Assembly (NCBI GenBank): GCA_963920595.1
Contig: OY986950.1
Coordinates: 3,906,001-3,970,000, forward strand
From: Eimeria praecox
Taxonomy: Eukaryota
Reading direction: 5' to 3'
Length of the DNA stretch: 64,000 bases
In this document: piece by piece, positions 36,501 through 48,109 of the stretch
Numbering within the stretch: position 1 is the stretch's first letter
How the letters are laid out: each line of letters starts with the position of its first letter
Notes under the pieces: generated by a model
What the model saw: the letters and a program-made list of their open reading frames with translations, nothing else
Told to the model about the DNA's origin: nothing
The model's database searches: none
Program-made: the position numbers and the translations under genes

Positions 36501-37043
36501 TCACGTCTTTCTCGCTCCCCTTCTGATCGCCTCGACCCTTTCCCGGTCTTGCCGCAGAAGTTCATCAATTCTCCAGAGGTTCCTCTCCCTGTGGCTTCTC
36601 CACCGGCGTGAAGTTCCTAGGTAGAACAATGCGATCCCCGCTAAGAGGGAATAGAGCGCCATATTCACCGTGTCAAATCTTGCTTTGCCGAGCAAGAGTG
36701 CAACAGAAGGCCTTGGTATCGCCATAGTGTTCCAATCTTTTGCAGCCTGAACGCCAGCATGGCCCAGAAGGCCTATGCTGGCCAAAAGTGCGGGTAAACC
36801 TTTAGGACGGGGAATTGTCCTTGGGGCGTCCTCAGCACGCAATCGCCTCAGCTCTAATGAAGCTTGCAGGCTTTCGGGAGCTCCATTCGGTCCTTCTTTT
36901 TCAAGCAAACCCGCGTCTTCAGTGCTTGGCTTGGCTATTTCCATTGATGCCTTCCTTGCGGGAGGCAGGAAGGCATCTTCTGCAACGGCCGACAAGTTGA
37001 AGAGCACAGAGAAGATAACAACTGCAATTATAACAACTCTCAT
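36501..37043 (-). CDS. Small single-exon secreted/membrane hypothetical protein (180 aa)
   Basis: AAATG start, signal-peptide-like MRVVIIAVVIFSVLFNLSAVA, hydrophobic segment MALYSLLAGIALFYLG, basic C-tail. Confidence 0.72.
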   Translation of the reverse strand: MRVVIIAVVIFSVLFNLSAVAEDAFLPPARKASMEIAKPSTEDAGLLEKEGPNGAPESLQASLELRRLRAEDAPRTIPRPKGLPALLASIGLLGHAGVQAAKDWNTMAIPRPSVALLLGKARFDTVNMALYSLLAGIALFYLGTSRRWRSHRERNLWRIDELLRQDRERVEAIRRGARKT

Positions 37044-38699
37044 TTCCCGCTTTGCTCCCTAAAGAGAGGCGACTGGTTCGACATGTACGCAGACGAGCTC
37101 GCCGAAACAGAACGGGGGGACCTGCGTCTGGAAACGAGGTCTCTGCGATGCTGAGTAATACTGAAACGCGATAAATAAATAGGGGAGATGGGAGAAGAGT
37201 CAAGGTCTCGAAAAAAAGGAAGTTTAACGAGCCGAAAAGCCACAGGGGGGCAACGGGCAACGGTCGCCCTTGCAATCGTATTTAAAGTGGAACCATTGCC
37301 ACTTATTTAGGACGGTTAGTACAGATGCTCGTGTATGCCGCTACGTTTTTAATAGTAAACAAACTGTAGAGATCCTAAATGGAAAGGAGCAGTCCCAATG
37401 CCGTCCCCCGGTGTCCTCACCCCGATTGCTGTTCGTGCGGCGGTTTCTCCAGCCCGCGGCTTTTGGCGTTGCTTGGTAAGCAGTTGCATCATGATTAGTA
37501 ACTTTGCCAGTTTTAAGCTCATTTTCCCTGCATACTTCAAAAGTTCGAGTGGATGGAGGCTCAGTCTTAGTACTTCGAGGCGGTGAGAGCGCCAGGGGGT
37601 TCTACGATAGCGCTTGTAGCATGCTCTGCGTGATGTTGGTACCCGTTTCTCTACCCACCCGCATCTATGGTTGGCCAAGTAAGTGTGTAAGGACAGTCTA
37701 CAATACAGTCTACAATGCTAGCTCATGCACCAAAGGAGCACTGCTTGTGCGTGCATTGGGCGCTGCCTCGCAAGACCAGCTGAAGCAAGCTGCGCCTATG
37801 ACAAGCAGGCCCGCCTCTCTCCTAGCCCAGGCCATTGGGAATCTGTGCAGAGAAAAGCCCGGGCGGTGAAGGCGAGGGCATCTGCCTTTTGCGAACTCTT
37901 TCCTCAACTCTGACTCGATTGGAGCTCATGAGGTCCATCGGCTAATGCTAAGGACTCTCGTTCCACGTGGTAGCGTCGCATTGTTATTCGGGACAAGTGC
38001 GGACAACGATCCCCACCCTCTGAAATAAGACAGCTCCACATGCATTCACAGCTAGTGCCCCTGTGCTGTGCTGAAGGGAGACTTATCAGATGTGCCCAAT
38101 AACAAGGAGATTCCAGCGAGCCACCAGTAAGACGCTCAATGCGCTGCGTCGAGCTCATTCCCGGAGGAGTGCCAAGCTTTGCTCCAAGTCACAGACAACC
38201 CCCATATATTGGACATAAAATGGAGCGGAAAACAGAAAGAATTGTAGCACAAGAAAAGTCTTAACCTGCAACTAGCACCTTCGTATACAATACGGTGTTG
38301 ACGAAGGGGAGGGAAAGGAGGTGGGTCCTTTCGCTTCAAGCTCAACAAAGTTCTGGTGAAAAGGAAGCTCTCAGTGCCCCGGATCAACGGATTAGCTCAC
38401 TGCTTGCAGGGTTCAGCAGCCTATTCACTTGGCTTCCCAAGCGCGGTTTTTTTGGGGGAGCTTTCAATAAACACGAACGACAGGCATAGGACTGCATTCC
38501 ATAGCCGCAAGCGCAAACTAGAGTACGGCTGTATCCCTTTCGGGCCCATGAATGCTCCTGCTGAAATGGAGCCGCAGTTCATTCACAATGTTTTGGCACT
38601 AATCGATTAGGCTAATCAATTAGGAGTGAGGGGCATACATTTGGGCGAACTGCTTTGCGTCCATCCGGAAGGTGCGGGTAAATTTGCAGCACCTGCCGC

Positions 38700-40940
38700 G
38701 TGCTTTGCACCTACTGCGAGAGAAGAAGAGCAGGTAAAGACACAAACGTGTGCACTTTTCATGCGCATGATAAGATTCTTACGGTTTCATTTCTTTGCCG
38801 CAGAAGTCAAATCCGATCCGGCGACGATATACCCCATCCGGACTCGCCCACTAGCCCTCTACACTCGTACGGAAGTTCATAAGTTCCTTGTCCTTGCATT
38901 GTACCACCGCAGCATCATTCTTGCATTCGCTCTGATCACTATGGGCAGCATGCTCTGCAACTGTTACGTGAGTTTGAGTGGTTTACAGACTTACAGACGC
39001 ACGAAATCGTTCGACTCTCATGCAACGGAATACTTTTGTGGGCTTTGCTGCTTCAGCAGCAGGGATTAAGCCAAGAACTAGGGAAGGCAGAGGCCATTCA
39101 GACATGGCCGCTTCTTCTGCACACTCATACGGGCATTCAGAAGTTCCTTAATATCTCATCCTATTATTGCAGCTTTACCCCTGGAAGGAATCGCGTCTCT
39201 CTCCTAAGACAGTTACATAAAGCGGAACAACATATTTTGATACGGACACCAGGATATTTGCCCAGACCCTTGCTAGACACACAGCATCGGATCCAGCGCT
39301 CGCGTTCCCTGATTTCGAGAAGCCCTCCATCTTAATAGCTGGCGGTAGTGAAAGACGTTAGAGTACTCTCTTAACCACTTAGCCACTACAAAACGCATCA
39401 AATAATCTCTTTTACCTCAAGCCGTTTTATCTGGAGACCTTCAACATCCGAAGTGTCAAGTGGATGAGTAGCCCCGCTGGGAGTTGAGACGTCTTTAGAT
39501 TAATTATATAACAGGCGTTTCACTAGTCAAACTAATCACCAATTTGGGACACACCTGGCGGAGTTTTCAAGCTTCGGATGGCTTTGCCAGATCGTGCAGG
39601 ATGATATCCTAGTCAAGTATAGAGAATGTTTCACCAATCTGGCCGCTGAAACACACACACGCGAAGTCTTCTCCTTCGGGCACTTTTTGAGCAACTGCTC
39701 TTATCTGGGATGGAATCTGTTGCCTTTTTAAACCGACGTCTTCTTGTTTCTTAGAAGCTTGGGCGACTGTCTTTCTTGCCAAGATCAACAATGATGGGTT
39801 CGGCATTACAACGTGTAACGCGATTTTTAATAGTGCCAGAGGAAGCGTAGACTCTGCCAGATATAAGTTCCACCTTCAGCTTGTACAAAAGTATGCTGCT
39901 CAAAGTGCACAATTATGCTTCAAAGTGCCATAGTGGGGTGGGCACAACAATGGACGGGATGGCCAGGTCCTTTGGACGGCTTGAAATGCGTCGTGCATCC
40001 GATATTTATGCCACCACTTAGGCAGATTACTAGAAGGTAAAGCTATGGAACATACTCAACCTCGAACGTGGAGATTTCGAGTCCAAAGAGGGTCTCAAGG
40101 ATATCTCAATGGATTGCATCCTGGGTGTACCATTTATCAGAGGCTCTTAAGATTTGCGTTGCGGATAGGCTCATGAAAATGCGTACAACTCATCCCCAGC
40201 TCGGGTTCAGTTACAGAAGAAGGAGTTGCCCAATTACTCATTAATCATCACTGAAGTTGCAAGGATTTCCCGGAAAATATCATTGCTCACGAGGAGCCGA
40301 AGGCTACTATCGCCGTCTAGAGCGAGTTCGTGACGCGTCTCACTGTCAAGCACAACATTACCACCGCCAACTACCTGGGGGCGGACGGTCAGTTTGATGC
40401 ACCGTATGCAGTGTGGTGCAGTATTAATAACCCAACAACATCAAATTCCCCTCCTTATGTAGTTTGTTTATAAACCTACAGTACAGCCCTACACCTGGAG
40501 CTTTCCAGATTTCGTGGCCTACACCGGAAAATTGCTGGCTGGGCGGATATCGGACTTAGCTGTTAGCAGCTCGTGCAGTCTCCCAGCAGCAAAAGGGGCG
40601 TCGAGGTTCAGCAAACAGCGGCTCAGGAAAGTATAGAGAATGCGGAAGAACGTATGGCATGGAACTAAGTGACGCACCGCAATAGCTGCTTTTAATCGAG
40701 ATAAAATGGTCTTCAGTGTACTCGCACGCGCTGCTAAGCGGATAGAAGAGCGAGCGGAGGAAAAAGCCCGCCATTCGTTGGCTAGGGCCGTTTTACTGTT
40801 GATTCTCCGGTCCAATAGTTGGCTTACATTATCCACATATATCCGATATGGGGATGCCACTATACCATAAATGTGTATTTTCTACAGCGATCCAAGGAGT
40901 CACAAACATTTCGCCGAACTTTCTCTAAAAAGGGGGAGCG
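38700..40940 (+). mobile_element. Heavily degenerate Ty3/gypsy LTR-retrotransposon remnant (protease-RT-integrase order)
   Basis: Colinear broken motifs: FDSHATEYF (~39010, protease DSGA-like); DDILV (~39600, RT); HSGVGTTMDGMARSFGRLEMRRASDIYATT*ADY*KVK (~39928, integrase Zn finger); DISMDCILGVP...VADRLMKM (~40100); FPENIIAHEEP (~40267); KHNITTANY...DGQ (~40350); IRWLGPF...CHYTINVYFL (~40770, GPY/F); purine tract AAAAAGGGGGAG at 40927-40938. Many stops, frameshifts and deletions. Confidence 0.82.
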
Positions 40941-41832
40941 GCGTTTTTGACGTCAAGACCAGCCAGAAGAGACTGAGAACCTCAACATTCGTGTAGCGAC
41001 GCAGGTAGCTCACAAAGCGAGAATTTTGCGTTCACTCAGTAGGAGACCGGCAACCCGAATAGGCTTCTTTCAATTGCTTGCGCCCAGCCACTACTCGAAC
41101 ATCTACGATTCCTCCTTGATACAGCAGCACTGACTGCAAGCGTGCGCATGCGCAGTAAACCGGGTTAGTCATATGGTTGCTTCTATTGATTTGACCGACT
41201 AAACAGCCCCTGCTATCTGAAAATAAGGTAAGAGGCTGTTGAAAGTCAGAAACTCGCGTGCCTAAGAAGTTAGTTACTCGCAGCACCTCCCCGTGAAGCA
41301 GCCGCCACAAAGATTATGGTCGCCTTATCAGGGGACTCTCTAATGATACCTCTCTCGTCTCTTTGGCTGACTGATTCGGTAGCTCGCCTACCAGCTGCTG
41401 GCGCTGCTGTAGTTACTGTAGTTGCCCTGGGTCAGTAGCTAGACGCAGCTTGTCAAAAGAAACCCATGTTCTCCTGCAATAGCCGTCGTTCAATGAGAAC
41501 TGTACAAGAGCAGTTCGTTGAGGGGGACCACGATATATATTGGCAAGAATATGTTGCAGAAGCAGGTGCTTTTGCTTTAGATGTCTGCAATGCGATTCTG
41601 GAAACGCCTCTCAAACGCCCAGGGAGCTGTAAACGATCCCCAGAGTGAGTCGATCTGCTCGGGGCGCCACACACTAACAAAATTCACACATGGACATGTG
41701 GGCTGAGGCAACAAAAAGAATATAAACCACAGTTGCCGCACTGAAAACCGTCGATTGCAAACGTGCCGCCGGCACTTCACCCACAATTCTGTACAAACCT
41801 GAATTGCCGCTGCCTTTTAGTGGCACGGCAAG

Positions 41833-44245
41833 CTAGTCGTTCGCTTTCAAGCTAGCCGCCTGATCAGCAGATCGATGGTCCCCTGCTGCCCCACCGGCGG
41901 AACGAAGGGCCGCCGCTTCCGCAGCACAGGAGCCCCAAAAGTCGGCAATATCTGCGTCAGTGCTTCGGCGCAAGGTAATGCGAACGGCGTAGTGGTCACT
42001 TAGTGTCACGAGCATCACTTCCCCAAAGCAACCAAAGCAACAGGCGTCAACTAGAACACGAGGGTCCCGCATCAAAATGTCCGCCGCTACAGGTAGAAAG
42101 GGATACAACCCCCCAGCAAACTGGTGGGGAGGCAAGAATACATAGTCGCAGCGAAGCCCGTGACAGCCCGCGTGTGGCCCAATAGAGTTGAGGGGGTTCT
42201 CGGGATCCCACGTGAAGTCTCTTCGTGAACATGAGGCGGAAGACGCCCTATCCTCATCGGGCGCACACTGTATGATGGCGTCACGCCCTTCTCCAGACTC
42301 TGTCTCTTCGTCTGTGTCGGAGAGCAGCCAATCAGCGACAGTGCCATCCGCCCCCTCGTTAGGCCATTGATTATCCACGGGGTGTGGCACAAGAAATCCA
42401 GAGCGCCATGCTTTTGCAGGGACTAAAGCTGTGTCGCCACTGCGGGCCGCAGTGAGCGCTGTGCTGCATGACGCAAGAGAGCAATCACTAGCGAGGGGTG
42501 TCGCATCCACACCCCGTTGGTGGTGCTGCGGAGCAGAAAGTGAGAGACGCACATCCAGCACGGGAGCTTTGTCCCCTCCACCAAGCCACTTTTGCTGCTG
42601 CTCAATGAGCCGTCGCTTCGCAGTGAGGAAAAACTCGCGATGGGCCCAAGCTGCAGCAGCCGGCAGTTCAAAGGCTAAAGGAAGCTGGACGCCTCCCCCT
42701 GCCCTGCCAAAATAGCCCCCCAACAAACCTTTGACAGGCGGAATCTCTTCTTTATCGTCAGTACGACCTCCTAAAGCACTTTTGCTCCTGCCTGGAGTTC
42801 TGCGTGGCCCTGCAGCCGTGGCATCGCTAGAGCTACTACTGCACAGCTCCATGGACCCCCCTCGAGAAAGGTCACGACTAGTATCCGCAGGCGAGCTACG
42901 TCCAGCCTCCCGATTCGAACTGTAGTTTCTCATACCCCCGAAATAGGTGTTGGTACCTCGCTGCGCTGTGCTGCTGCTTCGAACGATGGACTGACCTCGA
43001 GGTCCACCGTTACGGTGGGGGACACACTCCCCTTGATTGTGCCGCTGCCCTAACAGCTGCTGCTTCTGTTCTCTCTCAGCATCACTGGAATCTGCATCAG
43101 AGCTCACTGTGGGGACACGAGGAGAAGTGGCCTGGGAGCTGCCGAGGTGGCTCTGCTGTACGGCTTTTGCACGTGCTGAAGTTGCTGTCCCCTGTGGTGG
43201 TGCTTGCGGCGGCAGCTGCGGCGCCCCAAGCTCCGGACCTCTCCGCAACTTCATACGCCGCTGTCTCCTAACGCGCACGAACAAATCCCGGCGGATATGC
43301 CGATCGTGTAGTTCAATTCCCTGATCATCTAGCTGTTGCTCTTCCAACAGCTGCTGCTGATGGAGCAAGTGATGCTGCAGCAAATGGCGCTGATGCCCGT
43401 GGACATGCAGCCAGCAGTCCCGCCATCCTCGCTCCACAAAGCATTTGTAGTTCGAAGCGCACAAATGAGGAGCTGCGCAAACAGAAAAAGAGATCTGCCG
43501 CTACGCCATGCCTTGCCAAGAGTAGCGCTGCGCAGCACCATCATGCACGAAACAGCTTAACCGCAAGCTATCTGCATCCAAAATAGTTAGAACCTTTTCT
43601 GGTAATGCCAAAAAAAGGTATGCACAGAGCAGCAGATAAGCGTACCGGCATTGAGGTCACCAATAACAAGAGGGACATGGCCTCTGTCAGCTGCAGCGTC
43701 GCAGGCTTTCAATAGCTGTCGTATCTCTGCTGCTCGCACGTCCTCCACATAGCGAGACTCAGGGTCAACAGCTCCACTGGCCAAATGAATATTAAAAATG
43801 GCGACTGTAAGAGCAAACAAAAGCCGCGCACCACACGCAACCGTAATGCTGGTCATCACAACACACAGAACTGCATTCATGTACTGTTATGCATGAAGCC
43901 GCTATGCCTCGAAAAGGTAGTTTATTGGCTACGCCAGATACCGCACAGATATCCTGGCAGTTGCTTTAATCCTTATACTAAGGCTTCGTAAGGAAGGGTC
44001 TACTGCTCACTGACGCCTATGGAGGGAACATCCACAGCTACTTCCAACATCCCCTTTGAAGCAAAGCAACGCTCTATGTACGTCACCTGCAGAAAAAAAG
44101 GAAGAAGACAGCACCTCATACGATTAGAAAAGTGTAAAGCTGTACAAATGTCCCCCTGCCCTACAGGGAACCCTTAATGAAGCTTTACCAAAGCATGCCA
44201 ATGCAAAAGCCGGACAAAACAAGCTGACTGAAGGTTCACACTTCC

Positions 44246-44276
<31 letters not shown>

Positions 44277-45697
44277 AAAACACCAAACCCCCAAAATGCA
44301 AACAGTGCACTCGTAACGTGATGACACTCCCGTGTTATCTTACATCTTCAAATTTGTGAAATTGAGTGTGTAGTATTGGATACTTGCTGAGGACCATAAG
44401 GCCATTGTGAAGAGAAAAGCGACCCCCAGACGTACGGCGACCTGAAACAGTTCAGCTCCCCCAATCCTCAGGCAGCAACGCCTTAAGCAGGAGATTGCAA
44501 AAGAATCCAGGCGGCGTGAGTCGGCAAAAAGACTTAGGGACTATTGTAAAGGCATCACCTACACCGTCCAGGATGAAACAAATCACACGTGAAGGGAGAG
44601 GAATGGTGCATCTGCCGCAATCACTCACCAACAAAAGGCAGCTTGTGGCGAGTGCTCTCGATGATGAAGTCAGCATGGTTGTCGCCATAGACCTCTTGCA
44701 GGCATATTATGTCAGCCCCCGTGGACAACAGTGCCGCTATGAACAAGGACATGACCAAAACACAGAGCAGTACAAATAGAATACCGCATCAACATCAAAC
44801 CCTGTAGCCACACAAACTGCTACCAAAGGAAATCGACTACATGCACAAGTGACAAGCCTACGCTGAAGTACCTGGAATGTGATGAAGACGACGCTGAGTA
44901 AAGGGTGGGTTCTGATACACGCGGAGGCCGCACAGTTTGTACTCTAGAAGTCCCGCATTGAAGGAAAGTAAGACAAGCTCATCCAGACGCGCCTGATAAG
45001 CTCTTCCTTCCGCCTGTGTCCAAGAGACTCCACCCCTTGGCGCTGCAGCTTCTGCTCCGCTTGTTGTGGGCTGGGCATCTTGTGGATTGCTGTGGTTCTC
45101 GCCTGGCGCCTGCGTCGGCCCAACGCAACCTTCAGTACATCCACCAGGAGCAGATTGTGCATGCATTTTACCGCCTCGGTGTTCTCCTTCCACGCATGCT
45201 GTTTCATTTTGGGCGCCAATATCACTTTCCTTATGATATTCACCCTGCAGCAGGGGATTCGCCGTTTCTCCCTCAACATCAGTTTCTGTACAACTCGAGG
45301 GTGCCACCACCGCAGCTTCAGAAGCATTGCAAAGTTCAGGAAGTTCTCCTGCTGCTATCGCTGGCATATTTGAGTAATTCTGCTGGTTTAATGAGCCAGC
45401 GCACATTGTCGATGCATGCAGAGGATCGGCACAAAATAGACGTTTCAATGGCGCGCCGCTAGAAAGCTGGCTTGTAGCAGCTCCCGGACTAAATCTAGTA
45501 CTCGCCCCTAAGCCACCAGATTCACTGCCGTCGATGCTGCATATGCTGCTGCTGCTGAAGTCCCCACTGTCAAAACCATGAGCGGCGCAGGAAGTCTTTG
45601 CCACGGGGATGACAGCAATTTCGCTCACATTTGCAGGTCGAGCCATATCTAACGAACCGGCCTCGCCTGGTTTGCTGCCAAATGTGGAAGCCGCCAT
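41833..45697 (-). CDS. Endonuclease/exonuclease/phosphatase (EEP) family protein, neutral sphingomyelinase-like, 6 exons
   Basis: Exons 45697-44872, 44736-44629, 44441-44344, 44086-44011, 43804-43646, 43472-41833 join in phase. EEP motifs LLSFNAG, DIICLQEV, GLMVLSKYPI, NIHL, VIGDLNA, RCDYVF, LSDHYAV. Substrate is not determinable from sequence alone. Confidence 0.9.
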
Positions 45698-48109
45698 CTC
45701 CACAAGAGCCAGCAAAGGGCAAACACAGCAGCACCGCCGCACGGTTTCACCAACGTATGCACATGAGCCCAGTAGGTACGCAAATTACAGGATAAAGCCT
45801 GATAAGCATCACCACGGGAAGCACGATGCAGCCAAAGAAGAAAGAAAGCCTAGGCCACAGACGGGCCGTGCGACATAGCCCGAAATCCAGCTTCAGCTTG
45901 CCAGCTGCGCCGTGGCCTCCATCCATGTGCACAGTCTAGCCAGCAGTGGAAGCCATGCGCCTGTGTTTTTAGAAAAATTTTCATATGCTTGCAAACTGCC
46001 CGTCTGCAGTCAAAAAAAAGACAGACACGGGGTGGTCGCTGCTCCCTGGCGAACTCCGCTCTACAACGCAATCAATGCCGTAGTTCCCTTCGCTGGCTGC
46101 TTTCCGCCAAGCTCTGATAACAACGGGAACTAGAGCACCCGTTTCTATGGTTTAAAAGAAGACTGCAGGCCTGAAGATGGCACGTATCAGCTACGCTCTG
46201 TATGAACGCAACTCGCCGACCCTCTCAAGCCCCCGAGGCGAACCACATGGTAAGCTTCCTCGCTTCCACTTCCGTAGAGGGCTTCAAATACTGAAATATT
46301 CAAGAAAGGACGCATCTTTGTCAATTAATGATTCCTTAGTTTGATGAAGGAGTTCGTTATCCTGTCTCCAGTTTCTGTCTTTGGTGACGCAGCAAGAGGC
46401 TGGCTCTGCATGCGTTCCACAGCGCCTTTCACCAATGCCTCGACTGACGCAGTTAGTTTCCAGTTCATCTCTTGCGGCTGCTGACGCCTGTTAAATAGTA
46501 CGGTTTAGCTTTACAGGAATATCACGTTTATTCAACTGATGGGCATAACTGCATTTGGGAGGTACCTACTAATTACAGCGGACCATGGTCCTGAGTCAGT
46601 CTACCCGGCGACCTGAGCTGCGCTAACTCGCTGTTGGAGCCGGTTGGCTCAACAAAGGTATCGTATCTAGGGCGAATTTCCTTGTGTAGCACTGCTCGCC
46701 AGCACCCCCCGCAGTAGAGACAGTACAGTGCTGAATGCACGAGCACTAACTCCATGGTTCTGGTGCGTCGGGGTTGGTCAATACCGGGACTGAACACCAA
46801 CAGGCGTCACTTTTTGAAGGACTAGCTTTTCCCTCTGTTTCGTCATCGTTGTTAACTGCTTACCCTCCCCTCCCCCCCCCGCTGCGATTTGCCTACGTGT
46901 CAGGCAAAGTGGCATTGATGATAAAACTTAAAGAGTTCTTCAGCTGTCATGTAGGCTGTTAAAATGTTCCCTACATCTTTGTTGGGACAAATAAACACGT
47001 GCCCTTTTGAGCATGTTGATGTGAAGTAGTTGCTGCCAAGGGCGACGCCTGGTGAACCTGTATCGCCGCGTGTACGATTGAAACCAGTGTTTAGTGCACA
47101 GCAGGGAGCGAGCGTTTGCACAAAGTAGGGGCCGTTTGGAATCAGCCGTAAGATGCTCCTTATACTCGGAGACACACTTGCTGCGGTCAAGTCTTCAAAA
47201 TATGTATTGCGGGGAGACTGTTGTGCGTCACGGGGCGATATTACTTATGCACATCGGCCTGCTTCCACGGCATGAGCCACTGAGACTTCTCATGTTACCA
47301 CGCTCACCTCTAAACACCACCTCAAAAGCTACGAACAAAATTTCACGTGACCCTTCGCAAGTCACTAGCCACCCCGTCAATTCCAACGTGCTGATGCGCC
47401 GTAGGCCCCACCCTTCCAGAGCACTGGAACATCCACAAACTTTCGTATGAACTTAATATTAACGGCTGCTATGGTGGAGCACAGCGCTATGCGCACTGCA
47501 CTACGGCGCCGCTTCTCAGTAGTCGTCAGATTAACGAAGCCCCGGAAACTGGGACGGCTCAGGAGCACTCCGTTTGAAGCAGTTTACGTAGTCACATGCA
47601 GCTTTCTCCAGTGTCTTCAGCTCCTTGGAGTGCTAAGTCTGGTTACCTATCACAACACCTAAAAGGGCGGGATTCCGGGCTGTTAACGATAGCCTCTCAT
47701 GCAGGAAGAAAAAGCACAGGCACAACTGTCAAGACAACCGGCGGCGTTCTTTCGTTTACTAGTGTTCGGCAGTTAAATTCTGTGTTAGGCGTGGATATAC
47801 AAATCAAAACTAAAATATTCAATATCAGATCATCTCCTGCATTGGCCAGAACACTCAAGATGTGCAATGGTGTGTATAGCGTTCCCGTACCTCCTAGCTC
47901 TGCAAAACAATTGAACAGACATAGCCGCCCTCTCCTTTAAAAACCGCCTGTTCCAGCCGAAAGCACACAGCCGCTCGCCCTCTTGCCACCATTCACTCAA
48001 CGCTCGTATTTCGAATACGTATAGATTCATGTGCGTCCCAAACGTAGGTCGAACGAGAGCAACTGGCCAGGCGCCTCGTCTCGACAACGCCGGCTACGGG
48101 TCTGTGACG

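Noticed and set aside
40940..41450. 3' LTR after the purine tract
   Set aside because: No TG...CA boundaries or matching upstream copy found by eye; left unannotated.
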